DNA of 64,000 bases, from contig NC_086108.1 of NCBI RefSeq assembly GCF_963921235.1, forward strand, positions 55,678,001 to 55,742,000. The letters run 5' to 3'. The stretch is from Mobula hypostoma. Taxonomy: Eukaryota. A program made the position numbers and the translations under genes. Below are positions 39,064 to 51,289 of the stretch, piece after piece. The notes under the pieces are model-generated. The model worked only from the letters and a program-made list of their open reading frames with translations. It searched no databases and had not been told where the DNA came from. How positions within the stretch are numbered: the first letter of the stretch is position 1; each line of letters starts with the position of its first letter.

Positions 39064-42000
39064 TAAAGTATCAGTAATGAAATCAAAATCTGGCAGAATT
39101 TATCATCATACTCTGCCGTGCCTAGGGATTGTATGAGTTCTGAAATGTTACCAGTTTTCCTTGCCTCCAAATTGCTTCTATTTTCTTTCTGGCTGCAATC
39201 CAGTTTTTCACCAAAGTAAGCTTCTCTTTCTGTATGAATACACACTTCCATTGTATTCATATATGTATCTGTGTGAATGCTTCAAATTTTCAAGGATTTT
39301 TTTTAGCACTTGCGCAAACATTTTGACCGCAAAGACACCAGTTTATATCTCATACTATGTAGTGCATTGTAGTTTGAAAGCTCATCAGAGATTATTTTAA
39401 TGTCACAAATTTGTTTTGTGTTAAAATACAGGCCCTTGGTACATTCATTGTCACATTTTCTTTGTTTTCTACTTCTATGTTCTTTTGGACATTAAGCCTG
39501 TATAATTTAGTGAAACATTGATTCCTATCGACCCTTTGTATAGATTCTTTTAAGTCATTAATTGGTACAGTTCATTGTTTGATACTTGGTTAATTTTAAC
39601 TTATTATCACCACATTAGCAGCCTTGTTCGTGTTGGGTGCTATCAGTGTGGTACTGCCTGGTAAATCTGCATTGTCTTCACTGGAGTGGATCAAGTGAGC
39701 CAAAACTGTTTAATTCTGTGCTTTTATGACTCTGATTATAGAAATTCATTTTATCTTTATTTATCTAATACTTCCTCATTTTAGGTTATCAACGGTTTTC
39801 TCAGTCTTGCCTAGAACTTCTGATTTTGCTTGAAAATGCATCAATCACCCCTGTCTATAATTCTAAATTGTTATTGAATTTGGATCTTGGATTAAATGAA
39901 CTTTTTTGGTTTTGTTACCATTTATATTAACTGTAAAAATTGATCATCTGTAAAGTTCCATATTTCATAACTTTGAATAAATTTGCTCATTGATTAAGCT
40001 AAAAACCAAACTTAGCATTCAGTGTACAATGCAAGAAGGTGCCAATGTTGCATCTTAGAACAAGGCCTTCAGTAGAACAAGGTATTTATTAATAGGTTCA
40101 CCTGAGCCTAAGATCGTTTGTGCCAAATTTTATGCTCTCTAAAACTTCGAAGGGTCTCAAATATTTCCTAACATTCCTGAACTAATATTAATAAGCAGAA
40201 TTGTTCTGTTGCTCTCCTGTACAGCATCATTCTGTCCAGGAACTTTCCCACCACTATCATAACTTCCATTTTTTGCTTGCTCAACAGATGTTCCATGCAT
40301 AAATGGAAAGGTTACAAGAGCAATATGAGATGTTCACCATATAAGCAGAAGCAACCAGTCCATGATGGTGCTGGTCCTCCAATTTGTCTTTCCTTGTTCA
40401 CTTTTGTCATCATTACCCTCTATTTGGTTCGACAAATCCAGAAGCATAAGTAAGATTGTCAATGTAACCTGCTCAAGTCTGAGTAGCCATTTTGTCTTTT
40501 TCTTCTGATGCTATTCTTGCCAAGACTGGCACTCAAACCAGGGCACTTGAAGTTTCTTGTCATTTTAGGATCTACAAAATGTAATGGCTGCATTAAATGG
40601 TTTGTTAATTTAATCAGAATGCCTTCTTAATGTGAAGCATCTGCTGAGAGCTCCTATCCTGATACGTACACACACACCTGACATTACTCTATTGGCTAGG
40701 TATGTGACCCAATTTTTCTCAAAATTAGTGCTGGTATTTGCCTAGGAGCCTTTCCATCTGCATTGTTCTTCCTTCTCAGGCAGAGTTTTGGCCACATTCT
40801 TTTCCCACACTTACTGGCACTCAGTCAAGGTTAGCAATTACTAGTCCCTTGGAATGCCAATGGGTCAGGTGGCAGATGTATCCTTATTCAAGTAAGGTCT
40901 GCTCTTGTTTCTTCATACAGGATCCCTTCCTTGTATCCTTATTATCCATTTATAATATGTACAATATACTGTAGTTTCTTATTTGAACTGCATCTGGTGC
41001 TTAGAACATAAAAGTTATGGAGACATCAGAAGGCCAGCTGAAACACAGCTGTTTAGTTCACTCTGTCCAAATGCATCTGTGCACACATATCCTCAGTAGG
41101 TCATGTATTTTTGCTGGATGTGACTGATTTTCAGAATGTCACTGGAGAAAACTAGTTTCTGTCAAATGCCGGATGGAGTAAATAATCAAATGGTCTTGAA
41201 CTAGTTCAGAAAATCCAGGTTCTAGAGTACTCTAAAGTAATGTGGCTGTTGAGAAATGGACAACATAGAAGAAATAATTAAATACTGTAGCAGTTCAAAG
41301 ACACCAGGGAACTTTTAGCTTTCTCGACAGTACAAGACACTTTGGCAACTAAATTACAGGAGTAGGTCGGCTGCCAGCAAATATTTAGACACAGCATGTT
41401 TGGAATCTGAAATGCACTACCTGAAAGTGTGTGGAAGCACAAACTGTGGCCTTCAAGAGGAACTGGATAAATTTGTGGCGAGGAAAAAATGTTAGTCAAT
41501 GGAGAAAGAGTTGGTGAACTGGAGAAACGTTCTGGTAGAGAACTGGCTCAGACACTGTGTTAAATAGTCTCTTATTCCATGATTCTAGGATATTCAAAAC
41601 TGGCTTAAATATATAATTCCCACTGGGGTGTTGGAAATCCTTGTACTTCCTCACCATTTCCAGTAATCTTCTCACTTGAGGCACAATGTTTACATTTATT
41701 GATTTTAGCTATATGATCACAATTATTTTATTAGTAAGTGCACTGCCCATTTATGAAATATAGATATACAACAAATGAAAACGATAAGACCAACTAAGTA
41801 TTCAATTTTGTTCCTGTAACAATGATGGCTACAGTTTTATAAACAGCACTTCGACATTTGAGCCATCTAACACTCATCCAATTCTACCCACTCAGCAGAC
41901 CTGTGTAATCTCCTGAGAGAAATATAAAAAAGGCTACTAATAATAAAAAAAAAATCATTTGGAAATTTCCTTTTCTTCCCTATCCTCACAATTGACTAAA

Positions 42001-42679
42001 AGCGTCAATTGTTATCATTGTTATCGATAAAGATTCTTGGGAGTGATGGGCTCCTTGCATAGGTCTAGTTATAAAGATCTGAATGTCATTCACAGCCCCT
42101 CTGAACAGAAAACTGATCTCAGTCAAGTCATTTGAGGGTGACCTCCAAATGTCACCATAACTCTATACTAGGAAATGATTTTGAGAGTTTTGACTGAAGT
42201 TGGCTATCTTCCTCAGTAGAAAATACATGTATTGCTGTTAGGTAAGGAATGGTCAACAAACCTCAACAGAAAAGTAGTTTGCCATTTCTCAACAGTAAAT
42301 CTTGTATGTAAGACTGATCTAAAGTAAATACCAGAGGAGTGTAGCCACCCTTATATCAGCAAAGCTTGATATCTTCAGAGATGGGAAGGTGAAGACTGGA
42401 AGGGAAAAGGGTGTTAGGATAAAACTCACTGGCAGCTGTAGATATTGAGGAAATTGAACTAACTGTTATGTTTCCAGTTAATCTCAAACAGATCCAAATA
42501 CTTTGAGACAGTTATAAGCTGCTGAGTGCTGTCTTGAATGATGATAAACATTACCAGGAGAGTTGACTGGCTCTCATAATCCTCAATAAATGAAGTAGTA
42601 CTATTCAAAAGAGTTTTGCTTTGGGGGTGTGGTTGTTGAAAATGTTGTTGGTGAAGATTTTCTTTCTCTAAATAGATTT

Positions 42680-44172
42680 CCAGCGGTAACTGCACAAGTT
42701 GATTGGATTGTTAAGAAAGCGTGTGATATGTTGACCTTCATTGGTCAGGGGATTGAGTTCAAGAGCTGTGATTTTTATAGGAGCACCAAGGATAACGTCC
42801 TGCCCAGCTGCATCACCATCTGGTACGAGAATTGCAAGACATCTGACTGTAACTCCCTATAAAGGATTGCAAGGACTGCTGAGAGAACCATCGGCATCTC
42901 TCTCCACTCAGAGATATTTATTAGGAGTGCTGCATTCGCAGGGCCCTTAGCATTGTCAATGATCCCTCTCGTCTATCCAACAATCTCTTTGACCCCTACC
43001 CTCAGGCAGAAGGTACCGTAGCATTAGGACAAGAGCTGTTAGGATGGGAAACATCTTCTTCCCCCAGGCTGTAAGGCTACTGAACTCCCTGCCACCACCT
43101 GGGTCTCATCACTTTTGAAGCAGCAGTAACCGTTAACTGGTAACTTTTTAACTTGTGTCATAAATGCACCTTATTAATTGTTAATTTACTTGTGATAATA
43201 TGTGTTGTATGTGTGAGTTACATGTTCTGTGTTGTTGACCTTAGTCCGGTGGAAAGCTGGTTCATTTTTTTTGGTATACATGTGTACAGTTGATTGACAA
43301 TGACTGAACTTGAACTTGAAGAGTCGTGAGTAATGTTGCAGCTCTATAAAACCCTAGTTAAACCATACTTGGTATGCTATATTCAGTTCTGGTTTGCTTC
43401 ATTAAAGGAAGGATGTGGAATCTTTAGAGGGGTGCAGCGATTTATTAGCCTGATGCCTGTATTAGATAGCATGTCTTATGAGAACTGGTTGAATAAGCTA
43501 GAGCTTTTTCTGTTTGAAACAAAGGAGCATGAGAAGTGTTTTAACAGAGGAGTACAAGATGAACGGAGGTATAGATTAAGTCGATAACCAGATACTATTT
43601 TCCCAGGGTGGAAATGGCTAATGTGAGAGGCTAAAATTTTAAGATGATTGGAGGAAGGTATGGAAGAGATGAGAGAGGGAAGTATTTTTTTTTTACACAG
43701 GGAGTGGTAGAGTGGAACTGTAGCACAGTGGTTAGCACAACGCTTTAAAGTACAAATGACCCAGGTTCCATTCCCGCTGCTGCCCGTACAGAGTTTGTAC
43801 ATTCTCCCCGTGACCACGTGGGTTTCCTACTGGTACTCCGGTTTCCTCCCACAGTCCACAGGTGTACTGGTGTGTACGTTAATTAGTCATTGTAAATTGT
43901 CCCATGATTAGGCTCAGATTAAATCAGGGGATTGCTGGGTGGCATGACTAGAAAGGCCCACACCACACAGTGTCTCAAAATAAGTAAAATATGAAATGCC
44001 CTGCTGGGATGGTGGGAGAAGCAGATACATTAGGGGAACTTAATAAACTCCTAGATAGGCACATGGATAATAGAAAAAAATGGAGGGCTATATAGGAGGG
44101 AAGGGTTAGATTGACCTGAGAGTATGTTAAAATGTCGGCACAACGTGGTGGGCCAAGAGCCTGTAATATTCT

Positions 44173-44175
<3 letters not shown>
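42680..44175 (+). mobile_element. CR1 3' part with nested Rex fragment (~42770-43320) and V-SINE (~43712-43990)
   Basis: LTFIGQGIEFKS / MLQLYKTLVKPYL; Rex SCITIWY with (gaactt)n tail; SINE ccaggttccattccc and V-core. Confidence 0.8.

Positions 44176-44178
<3 letters not shown>

Positions 44179-44203
<25 letters not shown>
44179..44203. repeat. (TA)n microsatellite
   Basis: Perfect TA run at the CR1 tail. Confidence 0.9.
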
Positions 44204-44919
44204 CTCACCCATGAAAATTTTTCCATAATTCTGCTTTTTTTTGGCCTTGATCACTTTGGTACTATCTTCTTATAGACCACATTCCTTAAATGTCCAAGTC
44301 TCTTCCTTTTGGTAGTTTCAGACAATAAATATAAATCTATTCTAATATTATCTATGAAATGCTCAACCTCTGCCTTCCATCAAAAATTGCCACAAGGTGC
44401 AGCTGCGGCAATTATAGATGGATGGCAGAGCTCGAGCAGAGACAACTCGTCAACTCAGTCCCCTGACTAATGAAGGCCATCACACCATACGCCTTCTTAA
44501 AAACCCTATTAGCTTGCATGGTTGCAGCCCAAAAGAAAAAAAAATCTTCACCAACAGCATTTTAACAACCATCCCTCCATAACAAAACTCTTCACCATTT
44601 CAGTGCTGTTCAATTTCTATATTTCATGAATGTACAATTTGTAAATTCTGCTAATGCTTTATGAATTATTTAGAAATCGGAGGATTAGGAAGTACATTTT
44701 CATTCACAAAGAGGATAAAGAAGATAAATTACATCAAACTGATGTGAGTTGTTTACAAAGGCCCACCCATAGTTTTAAAGTGGGTGCTACCCCGAAGAAG
44801 CTGACAACTCAAGTACTCATACAATGATCACTAGAGGCATAGAAACAGATTGATGGACAGGTTTTGTTAGTTAAAGTTCGAGTCTATAGGACATTCCTTC
44901 ACTAGGATTAAAGGACAAA

Positions 44920-45665
44920 GTGGCAAAAGTAGAGTACAAAGTAAATGGCAGGATACTTGGCGGTGTGGAGGAGCAGAGGGATCTGGGGGTACATGTCCAC
45001 AGATCCCTAAAAGTTGCCTCACAGGCAGATAGGGTAGTTAAGAAAGCTTATGGGGTGTTAGCTTTCATAAGTCGAGGGATAAAGTTTAAGAGTCACGAGG
45101 TAATGATGCAGCTCTATAAAACTCTGGTTAGGCCACACTTGGAGTACTGTGTCCAGTTCTGGTCGCCTCACTATAGGAAGGATGTGGAAGCATTGGAAAG
45201 GGTACAGAGGAGATTTACCAGGATGCTGCCTGGTTTAGAGTGTATGCATTATGATCAGAGATTAAGGAAGCTAGGGCTTTACTCTCCGGAGAGAAGGAGG
45301 ATGAGAGGAGACATGATAGAGGTATACAAGATATTAAGAGGAATAGATAGAGTGGATAGCCAGCGCCTCTTCCCCAGAGCACCACTGCTCAATACAAGAG
45401 GACATGGCTTTAAGGTAAGGGGTGGGAAGTTCAAGGGGGATATTAGAGGAAGGTTTTTTACTCAGAGAGTGGTTGGTGCGTGGAATGCACTGCCTGAGTC
45501 AGTGGTGGAGGCAGATACACTAGTGAAGTGTAAGAGACTACTAGACAGGTCTATGGAGGAATTTAAGATGGGGGGTTATATGGGAGGCAGGGTTTGAGGG
45601 TCAGCACAACATTGTGGGCCGAAGGGCCTGTGCTGTGCTGTACTATTCTGTGTTCTATGTTCTGT
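44920..45665 (+). mobile_element. Young 5'-truncated CR1
   Basis: Uninterrupted 225-aa ORF2 C-terminus (LYKTLVRPHLEYCVQFWSP); tail tgttctatgttc. Confidence 0.95.
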
Positions 45666-45679
45666 AAAATTATAGAGAT

Positions 45680-46962
45680 CAAGACAGCAGAGCTTATTTT
45701 TGCAGGTTTGATTGGAACAGCCAAACTTCAAAGCAAACTATATGCCTTTAAGCCTAATGTGTCTGGCAGAATTAGTACTCGTTTCTTGTCGGTTATTTCA
45801 TTTGCTTCAAAATACTGTTCCAATAGTTCAGTATACATAAGCCAATTACCCATTATGTAATCAGACTCGTCAGCCTTTCCGATGTAACCAGCCATTTTGT
45901 GATTTTTTTAATGATTAGTATCACCCCGTACTCACAACTTATGTACCCTGACCTCTTCCATTTCCTGCCTTAAAAAAAAAGCCAATCATATCTTCCCTTG
46001 TGAAGAACATGTGTTGGCTGCTTCTGTTTTAAACTTGACCACCTCTCCATGTGATGGGGTGTCTTTTTTACTCTCCGATGTTCCTGCTGTGTTTTATTTT
46101 ATTTCAAACATCAGTAACTGTCTCAGGTTCATTTTAAAATACCTGGTTGCCAATGTTATGCTTGTAACTTCAAAACTTTAAATCAGTTCAAAGAAAAAGT
46201 GGGGAATCTGATATACCTGTGTAACTTCAAGTTTACTTTAAGCAAAGTGCACATGTGTCACATGGTAGTGTGATGTCGTTTGCAGTTAACATAGTTTTAC
46301 ATATAACCCGTAATTAATTATTTCAACAAACAAGGATGCGTAATCAACAACATATTTACGAAATTACTTATGTAATGGCCTCTCTGTAATGTTAACTGCT
46401 GAGTTAATGGTTTCTCTGTAGCTGCGATGTTTGGGTTATGACTAGAGATAATGGGACTTTAGTATTCAGGGCTATCCAATGGGAGGAGTGTTATTCTTTC
46501 TTGTGTATCTGGGAACCGGAGTTTTCCACGGGTTTTCGGTCGAGGAGAGCGAAGAGGAAGGATGCGTGTGGAGAGCGCTGATAGACCACCAGATGGCATA
46601 TATGGAATTCGAAGGTCCGAGGGTCAGTGATGTTTCAGCTGAGGTCATTCGTGGAGGAATACCTGCTGCGTGAGCTCCAACGTATTTTGAGACTTTAACT
46701 GTGGGCCCTTTTTATTTTTGTTCGTTTATTTTCCTACTAACCCTATATTTGAATTAAGATTCATAAAGTTTATAATTTGATTGTATATGGTGTACTGTCT
46801 GATATTTTGCATTGTGGGTTTGTGACGGGAATACATTACATAGCATCCACCCAAACTTGAATACCCTGTTTGGCGGGACCGAAAGCTGATTCCCCTGGAC
46901 AAACATGAGCGGCAAACCTGGTGGGTTACACTTAAAATAGCTGAAATATTAACTACACAACA
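45680..46962 (-). mobile_element. Truncated Gypsy LTR retrotransposon (5' LTR 46154-46962, PBS, gag start)
   Basis: LTR reads tgttgtgtagttaatatttcag...cataaca on minus; PBS-like tggcaaccagg; gag MAGYIGK..YTELLEQYFEANEITDKKRV from 45895. Confidence 0.85.
46371..46930. mobile_element. Solo LTR of a different family nested in the Gypsy LTR
   Basis: TGTAA...TTACA termini; 4-bp TSD CTTA at 46367-70 and 46931-34. Confidence 0.85.
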
Positions 46963-48273
46963 ATTAGACCTTCATGAGTCCTGCATAGGTGTCTGATTGT
47001 GGTTTGGTATTTGTAAAATACTGGGAAGAGGGTGTTAAGTAAGCCTGTGGTCACCTGACAGAGACAAGCAGCAAAGAGAAATAAATGGACATTAGGTACA
47101 AAAGTTAAGTTAAAAAAAAATAAAGGGGACTTACCTCTAAGAAAATCCAGGTGACTAAATCCATGATGGGTAAGTCGCATAAGTTCATGTGATAGGCATA
47201 TATTCCCATCCTACTAGAAACAGATTTAGGAAATGGCTCAGAACTTGTTCGTCCATCCCTTTGCTATTTCAATCAAGAAACTTCACCACTTGTAAGTAAC
47301 CTGAGAGGACCCTGAATCAGCCATACCAGTAACTGCTATATGTTGCTGAGCCTAAATGATAGCACCTGGACCAATGTAATCCAATGGGTTCAATGTTGGT
47401 TCCTGGAAATATTAGGTTAAATGGACCTTTCTCCCTCACCCTTGTTCCTACATCACAGTGTTTCTTGTTTATCATCGCCCTTCTAATCACTTTAATTGAA
47501 ATTGCCTTTGACTAACTTTGTTTGAGTTAAACATATTAATGTAAGTAAACCATCCAGCTTTTGACCTTATTTAATAATTAAGACAGAATGTAGCTGATGT
47601 GTCTCAGTATTATTTACTTGATTTTTTAAGACACTTACTTCATTTAAATTTGCCCATCTTAGTTGTCAAAATTACATTTCAACCCATCAAGTACAATCTT
47701 TTGGTACAAATTCTAAATTTCTGGTACTTGTTTTGAGGAAAAATCCTAATTGTTTTCCGTTTTAAATGACCTTTAAAATTATGCCTCTTGTAATTCCCTC
47801 ACTAGAAGAGGTATTGTCTCTGGCTAAACGATTCTGTGATTTAGCTTAATGATTATATGTTCCTCATGATTAAATTTAATCAAAGTTAATAATTATTTTC
47901 TTACCATCATTTTACTTAAGTGCTCCTTAAGTGTGGAGAGAGCCAGATGTTCACAGTGGCATCCAATGTGTCTTGAGGCTTATTTCTGCTAAATCGCATG
48001 GCATGCTGTCCCAGACAGGTCATTGCAACAAATGCTGGCAACATGCTACTACTTGTACTTATGTTGAGTTCAATTGGAACAGCCAGAATGGGAATTGAAT
48101 GGTATTATTCAAATAAGAGATGAGCAGAGTCTTGGGATATGCTTGTGACTGAAACAGGTATTCCTATAAACCAGACACCCAGAAGGCATTTGATCTCCAA
48201 AGTGTAGACTACGGTGGAAACAAAAACTGGATGAAATTAATATAAATAATGTTTGCTTTACCTGTAAAGTATG

Positions 48274-50198
48274 TGTTGTGTAGTTAATATTTCAGTAATA
48301 TTTGAGTAATTTTGTAAATATATTGTTGGATTAAGCATTCTTTGTTGTTCATATAATTCAGAGTAGTTATATGAAAAAATAAGTGAATTGCATACATCAT
48401 CATACAACCACAGTGAAGGCAAATGCAAGGGTAAACTCACAATTTGGACTCCTGTGTCTTCCTTTGAATTAGTTAAGTGTTTTGAAGTTACAAACCATAA
48501 CAGTGGCGATGGAGTAATTTTAAAACAAACCGGAGACAACTACCAATCTGTTGAAGCACAGCGAGATGCTCAAACTAAAAATAAGAGTAGAGGGGAATGG
48601 AGGGTAAAGAAACACAGCCTCGCACGTGTCGAGGCAGGTGAGTTAAAATAAAAGCAGTGTAACATATGTTCTTTGGAAACAAAGACACGATCAAGTATAT
48701 ATAAAAGAATCAGAAAATGGAATAATTCATGAGTTTATAAAGAGTGAGTATCGGATGATATTAAAAAAAAGCAGAAATGGATGGCTACATCAGACATATT
48801 GATGTGTTTGATTTCACAAAAGGGTGGCTAGAGTAGGCATATTGATCTAATTGAACTGTATTTTGAAGCAAATGAAATAACCAATGAGAAACGAGTGCCA
48901 ATTTTATTTGCACGTTTGAGCTTGCATGTGGTACAAACAAAAGAACCAGCATCGTGCGGGCATGATTGGCTGAGGCAACTACAATTTGTTTGGGGATTCA
49001 TCTGCCATTTGCATGCCACATCCCCTGCAATGAAGCCAACTGAAAGTGAATTAAGAAAGGTACTGGATAATAGCAAAACTGTCTCCATGCTGAACACCAT
49101 GAACCATGGCCCAACAGAGGGCCAACGGGTGTTGGTGCCAACTTCTGTACCTCTGGTTGGAAAACATATTGGATGAAGGAAGGATCATGCTGCTCAGAGG
49201 AATCATGAAAGTGACAAAAACAGAGATCCGACTACAGCAATTTTTGTAGGCAACATTTCTGAAAAAATTTCTGAAATGTTATTCAGGCAGTTACTGCAAA
49301 ACTGCGGCTTGATTTTAAGGAGTTTGAGGAGTCTCAGGAAAGTTGCAAACATGTGGCTTTTGTAATTAAAAATCTAAAGTTACTGTTTGAATTTCAAATG
49401 GAAAAGAAAAAGCTGCTTGTAACAGTAGATGCAAAGACCAGAGTTCAGCTGAATAAATGGAAGGCCAAAAAGAAAGAAGTCAATGGAGATACAAAAACAG
49501 GGGATTCATCAGATGATGTTGTGCTTGAGGAAACAAAGAGGACATATCAGATCGTAAAGGAAGCAATCGGATTAATAAGAGAATATTCTAGTGAATCAAA
49601 TGGATCTTTCCAAGATCATGATGAACAAACTAGAAAAAGAAAAAGGAAAAAGAAAGGTGTCCAAATCTATCAGAACTATTCCTGCAGTCTCAGAGTCATC
49701 TCCTACAACCAAAACAGAGCAGGCCCAGAACCTGGGACTGTTTCACAGCCACAATTCTCACCTACCAAACAAGGAGATTCCCCTAGTCAGGAAAGACGTT
49801 ATCCCACAAGAGTGAGAAGTCCTCCACAGCAATTAAATCTTTGGGCTGAATGGAACAATTTCAAGATTTACTATGCTGTATATAGTAGTTGTGTTATATA
49901 GTGTACTGTGCATATAGTTGAAATGCATTCATTGTTGAGTTGGAACTTATAGCTAAACAGGGAGGAATATTTCAGTAATATTTGAGTAATCTTGTCAGTA
50001 TATTGTTTGATTAAGCATTCGTAGTTTATATAATTCATTATGGTTATATGTAAAAATATGTGAACTGCATACATCATGACCCTACCACATGAGATACGCA
50101 CGCCTCACTTAAAGTAAACACAAAGTTAGACTCACATTTCAGACTCCTGCGTCTTCCTTTGAATTAGCTTTCATGTTTTGAAGTTATAGAACATAACG
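48274..50198 (+). mobile_element. Internally deleted Gypsy LTR element carrying a captured RBM25 fragment
   Basis: 5' LTR 48274-48502; PBS tggcgatggag; gag (IELYFEANEITNEKRVPIL) and protease-end (GHDWLRQLQ) remnants; integrase tail QERRYPTRVRSPPQQLNL; PPT aaacagggaggaa; 3' LTR ~49966-50198. Confidence 0.88.
49100..49657 (+). pseudogene. RBM25: Processed (intronless) RBM25 fragment, RRM region
   Basis: VLVPTSVPLVGKHIG*RKDH..PTTAIFVGNISEKISEMLFRQLL..CGL..SGKLQTCGFC..KKLLVTVDAKTRVQLNKWKAKKK..EETKR..LIREYSSE matches vertebrate RBM25; contains stops and frameshifts. Confidence 0.9.
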
Positions 50199-51289
50199 TG
50201 AGTGAAACTCAGCAGGACGGAAATGGAGAAAGTAAAAGGTTTGGATCTCTTGAGTTGCACATGAAAATGGTTGGGAATGTTTGTCGTGACCTGGGTGTAA
50301 ACCAGAGTACGGTGAACAGAATAGTTCCTTTGAAATGGTGAAGGGGAAATATGAAGATGTCAGAGATGGCAAAGAATGACCTATTGTGTATGGAGGCTCA
50401 TGTTGGTGGGGGGGGGGGGGAACAGCCGAAAATTCTTATAATTTTGAGAAGGATGGGGAAGGTAGAGACAGAAGAGAGAGAGAGATGCAAAAGACTTAAT
50501 TAAAGAGAAAGAAGAAGTTGTACAAACCTTTACTATGAAAGGTTGTGTCATCATGCAATATGATTGCGGTGTCTAAACCATTTGTGCAAGAAGTGAGATG
50601 GGAGAACATTTGGGCAAGATATCTTTGATTTGCAGTGCACTTACAGCTGGAGAAAGGAAGGTCAAGGAACTAGCTTTATTTTAGGCTGAGTCCCATAAAA
50701 ATCCAGCCCTATTCTTGTATTCAGAACATAGCTACCCCTATTATTTTCTTTCCTGATGTTATAGCATTCATCGATTTGAAGAACTGCTAGGGCTTTGCTG
50801 CCAACCCTAGAAGCTGTATTTGAGTACAACAGCTGTCAGAGGGAGGTCAGAAGTCTGATCCTGTCAGAATTCTGTCAGGAGCTTCAGCTTTGTAAAGACA
50901 CTGCTAAAGCGAGAACTGTTCTTATAACAGAGATAGTTGTGAGGAAATCTGATAATGCATGTTAATTCATGAAGGGTTCAGACAGAGTAGATAGAAGAAA
51001 ACTGTCCCCATTGGACAGCTCAGTGGTTCAGCTTGCAGCACTTCTGCCTTGTAGATCCCTGCAACCCCCGTTCGATGATGGCTTCAGATGACAAATTACG
51101 ACTGATGGAAGTTGCATGTAACCATGGGTGTTTTCTCCCACAGCTCAATGAAATGGTGTAAGAAAGTATTGTGAGTGGATCGAGAGGATAAAATGGAAAT
51201 ATTTGGCAAAAGAATCGAAAGTAGCCTGAGGGAGAACTTCACGTAGCAAGTGGAGCCTGGAGTGCAGTGTCAGGGGTGGTTGTGGAGGT

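Noticed and set aside
49353..49901. 182-aa ORF as a functional gene
   Set aside because: It is a chimera of RBM25 pseudogene and Gypsy tail with a non-ATG start, lacking most of the RRM in frame.
48270..50202. TSD for the RBM25-carrying LTR element
   Set aside because: Flanks (tatg / tgag) do not match convincingly and the 3' LTR start is deleted, so no TSD is claimed.
50408..50420. Poly-G run as a regulatory G-quadruplex
   Set aside because: Isolated homopolymer with no supporting context.
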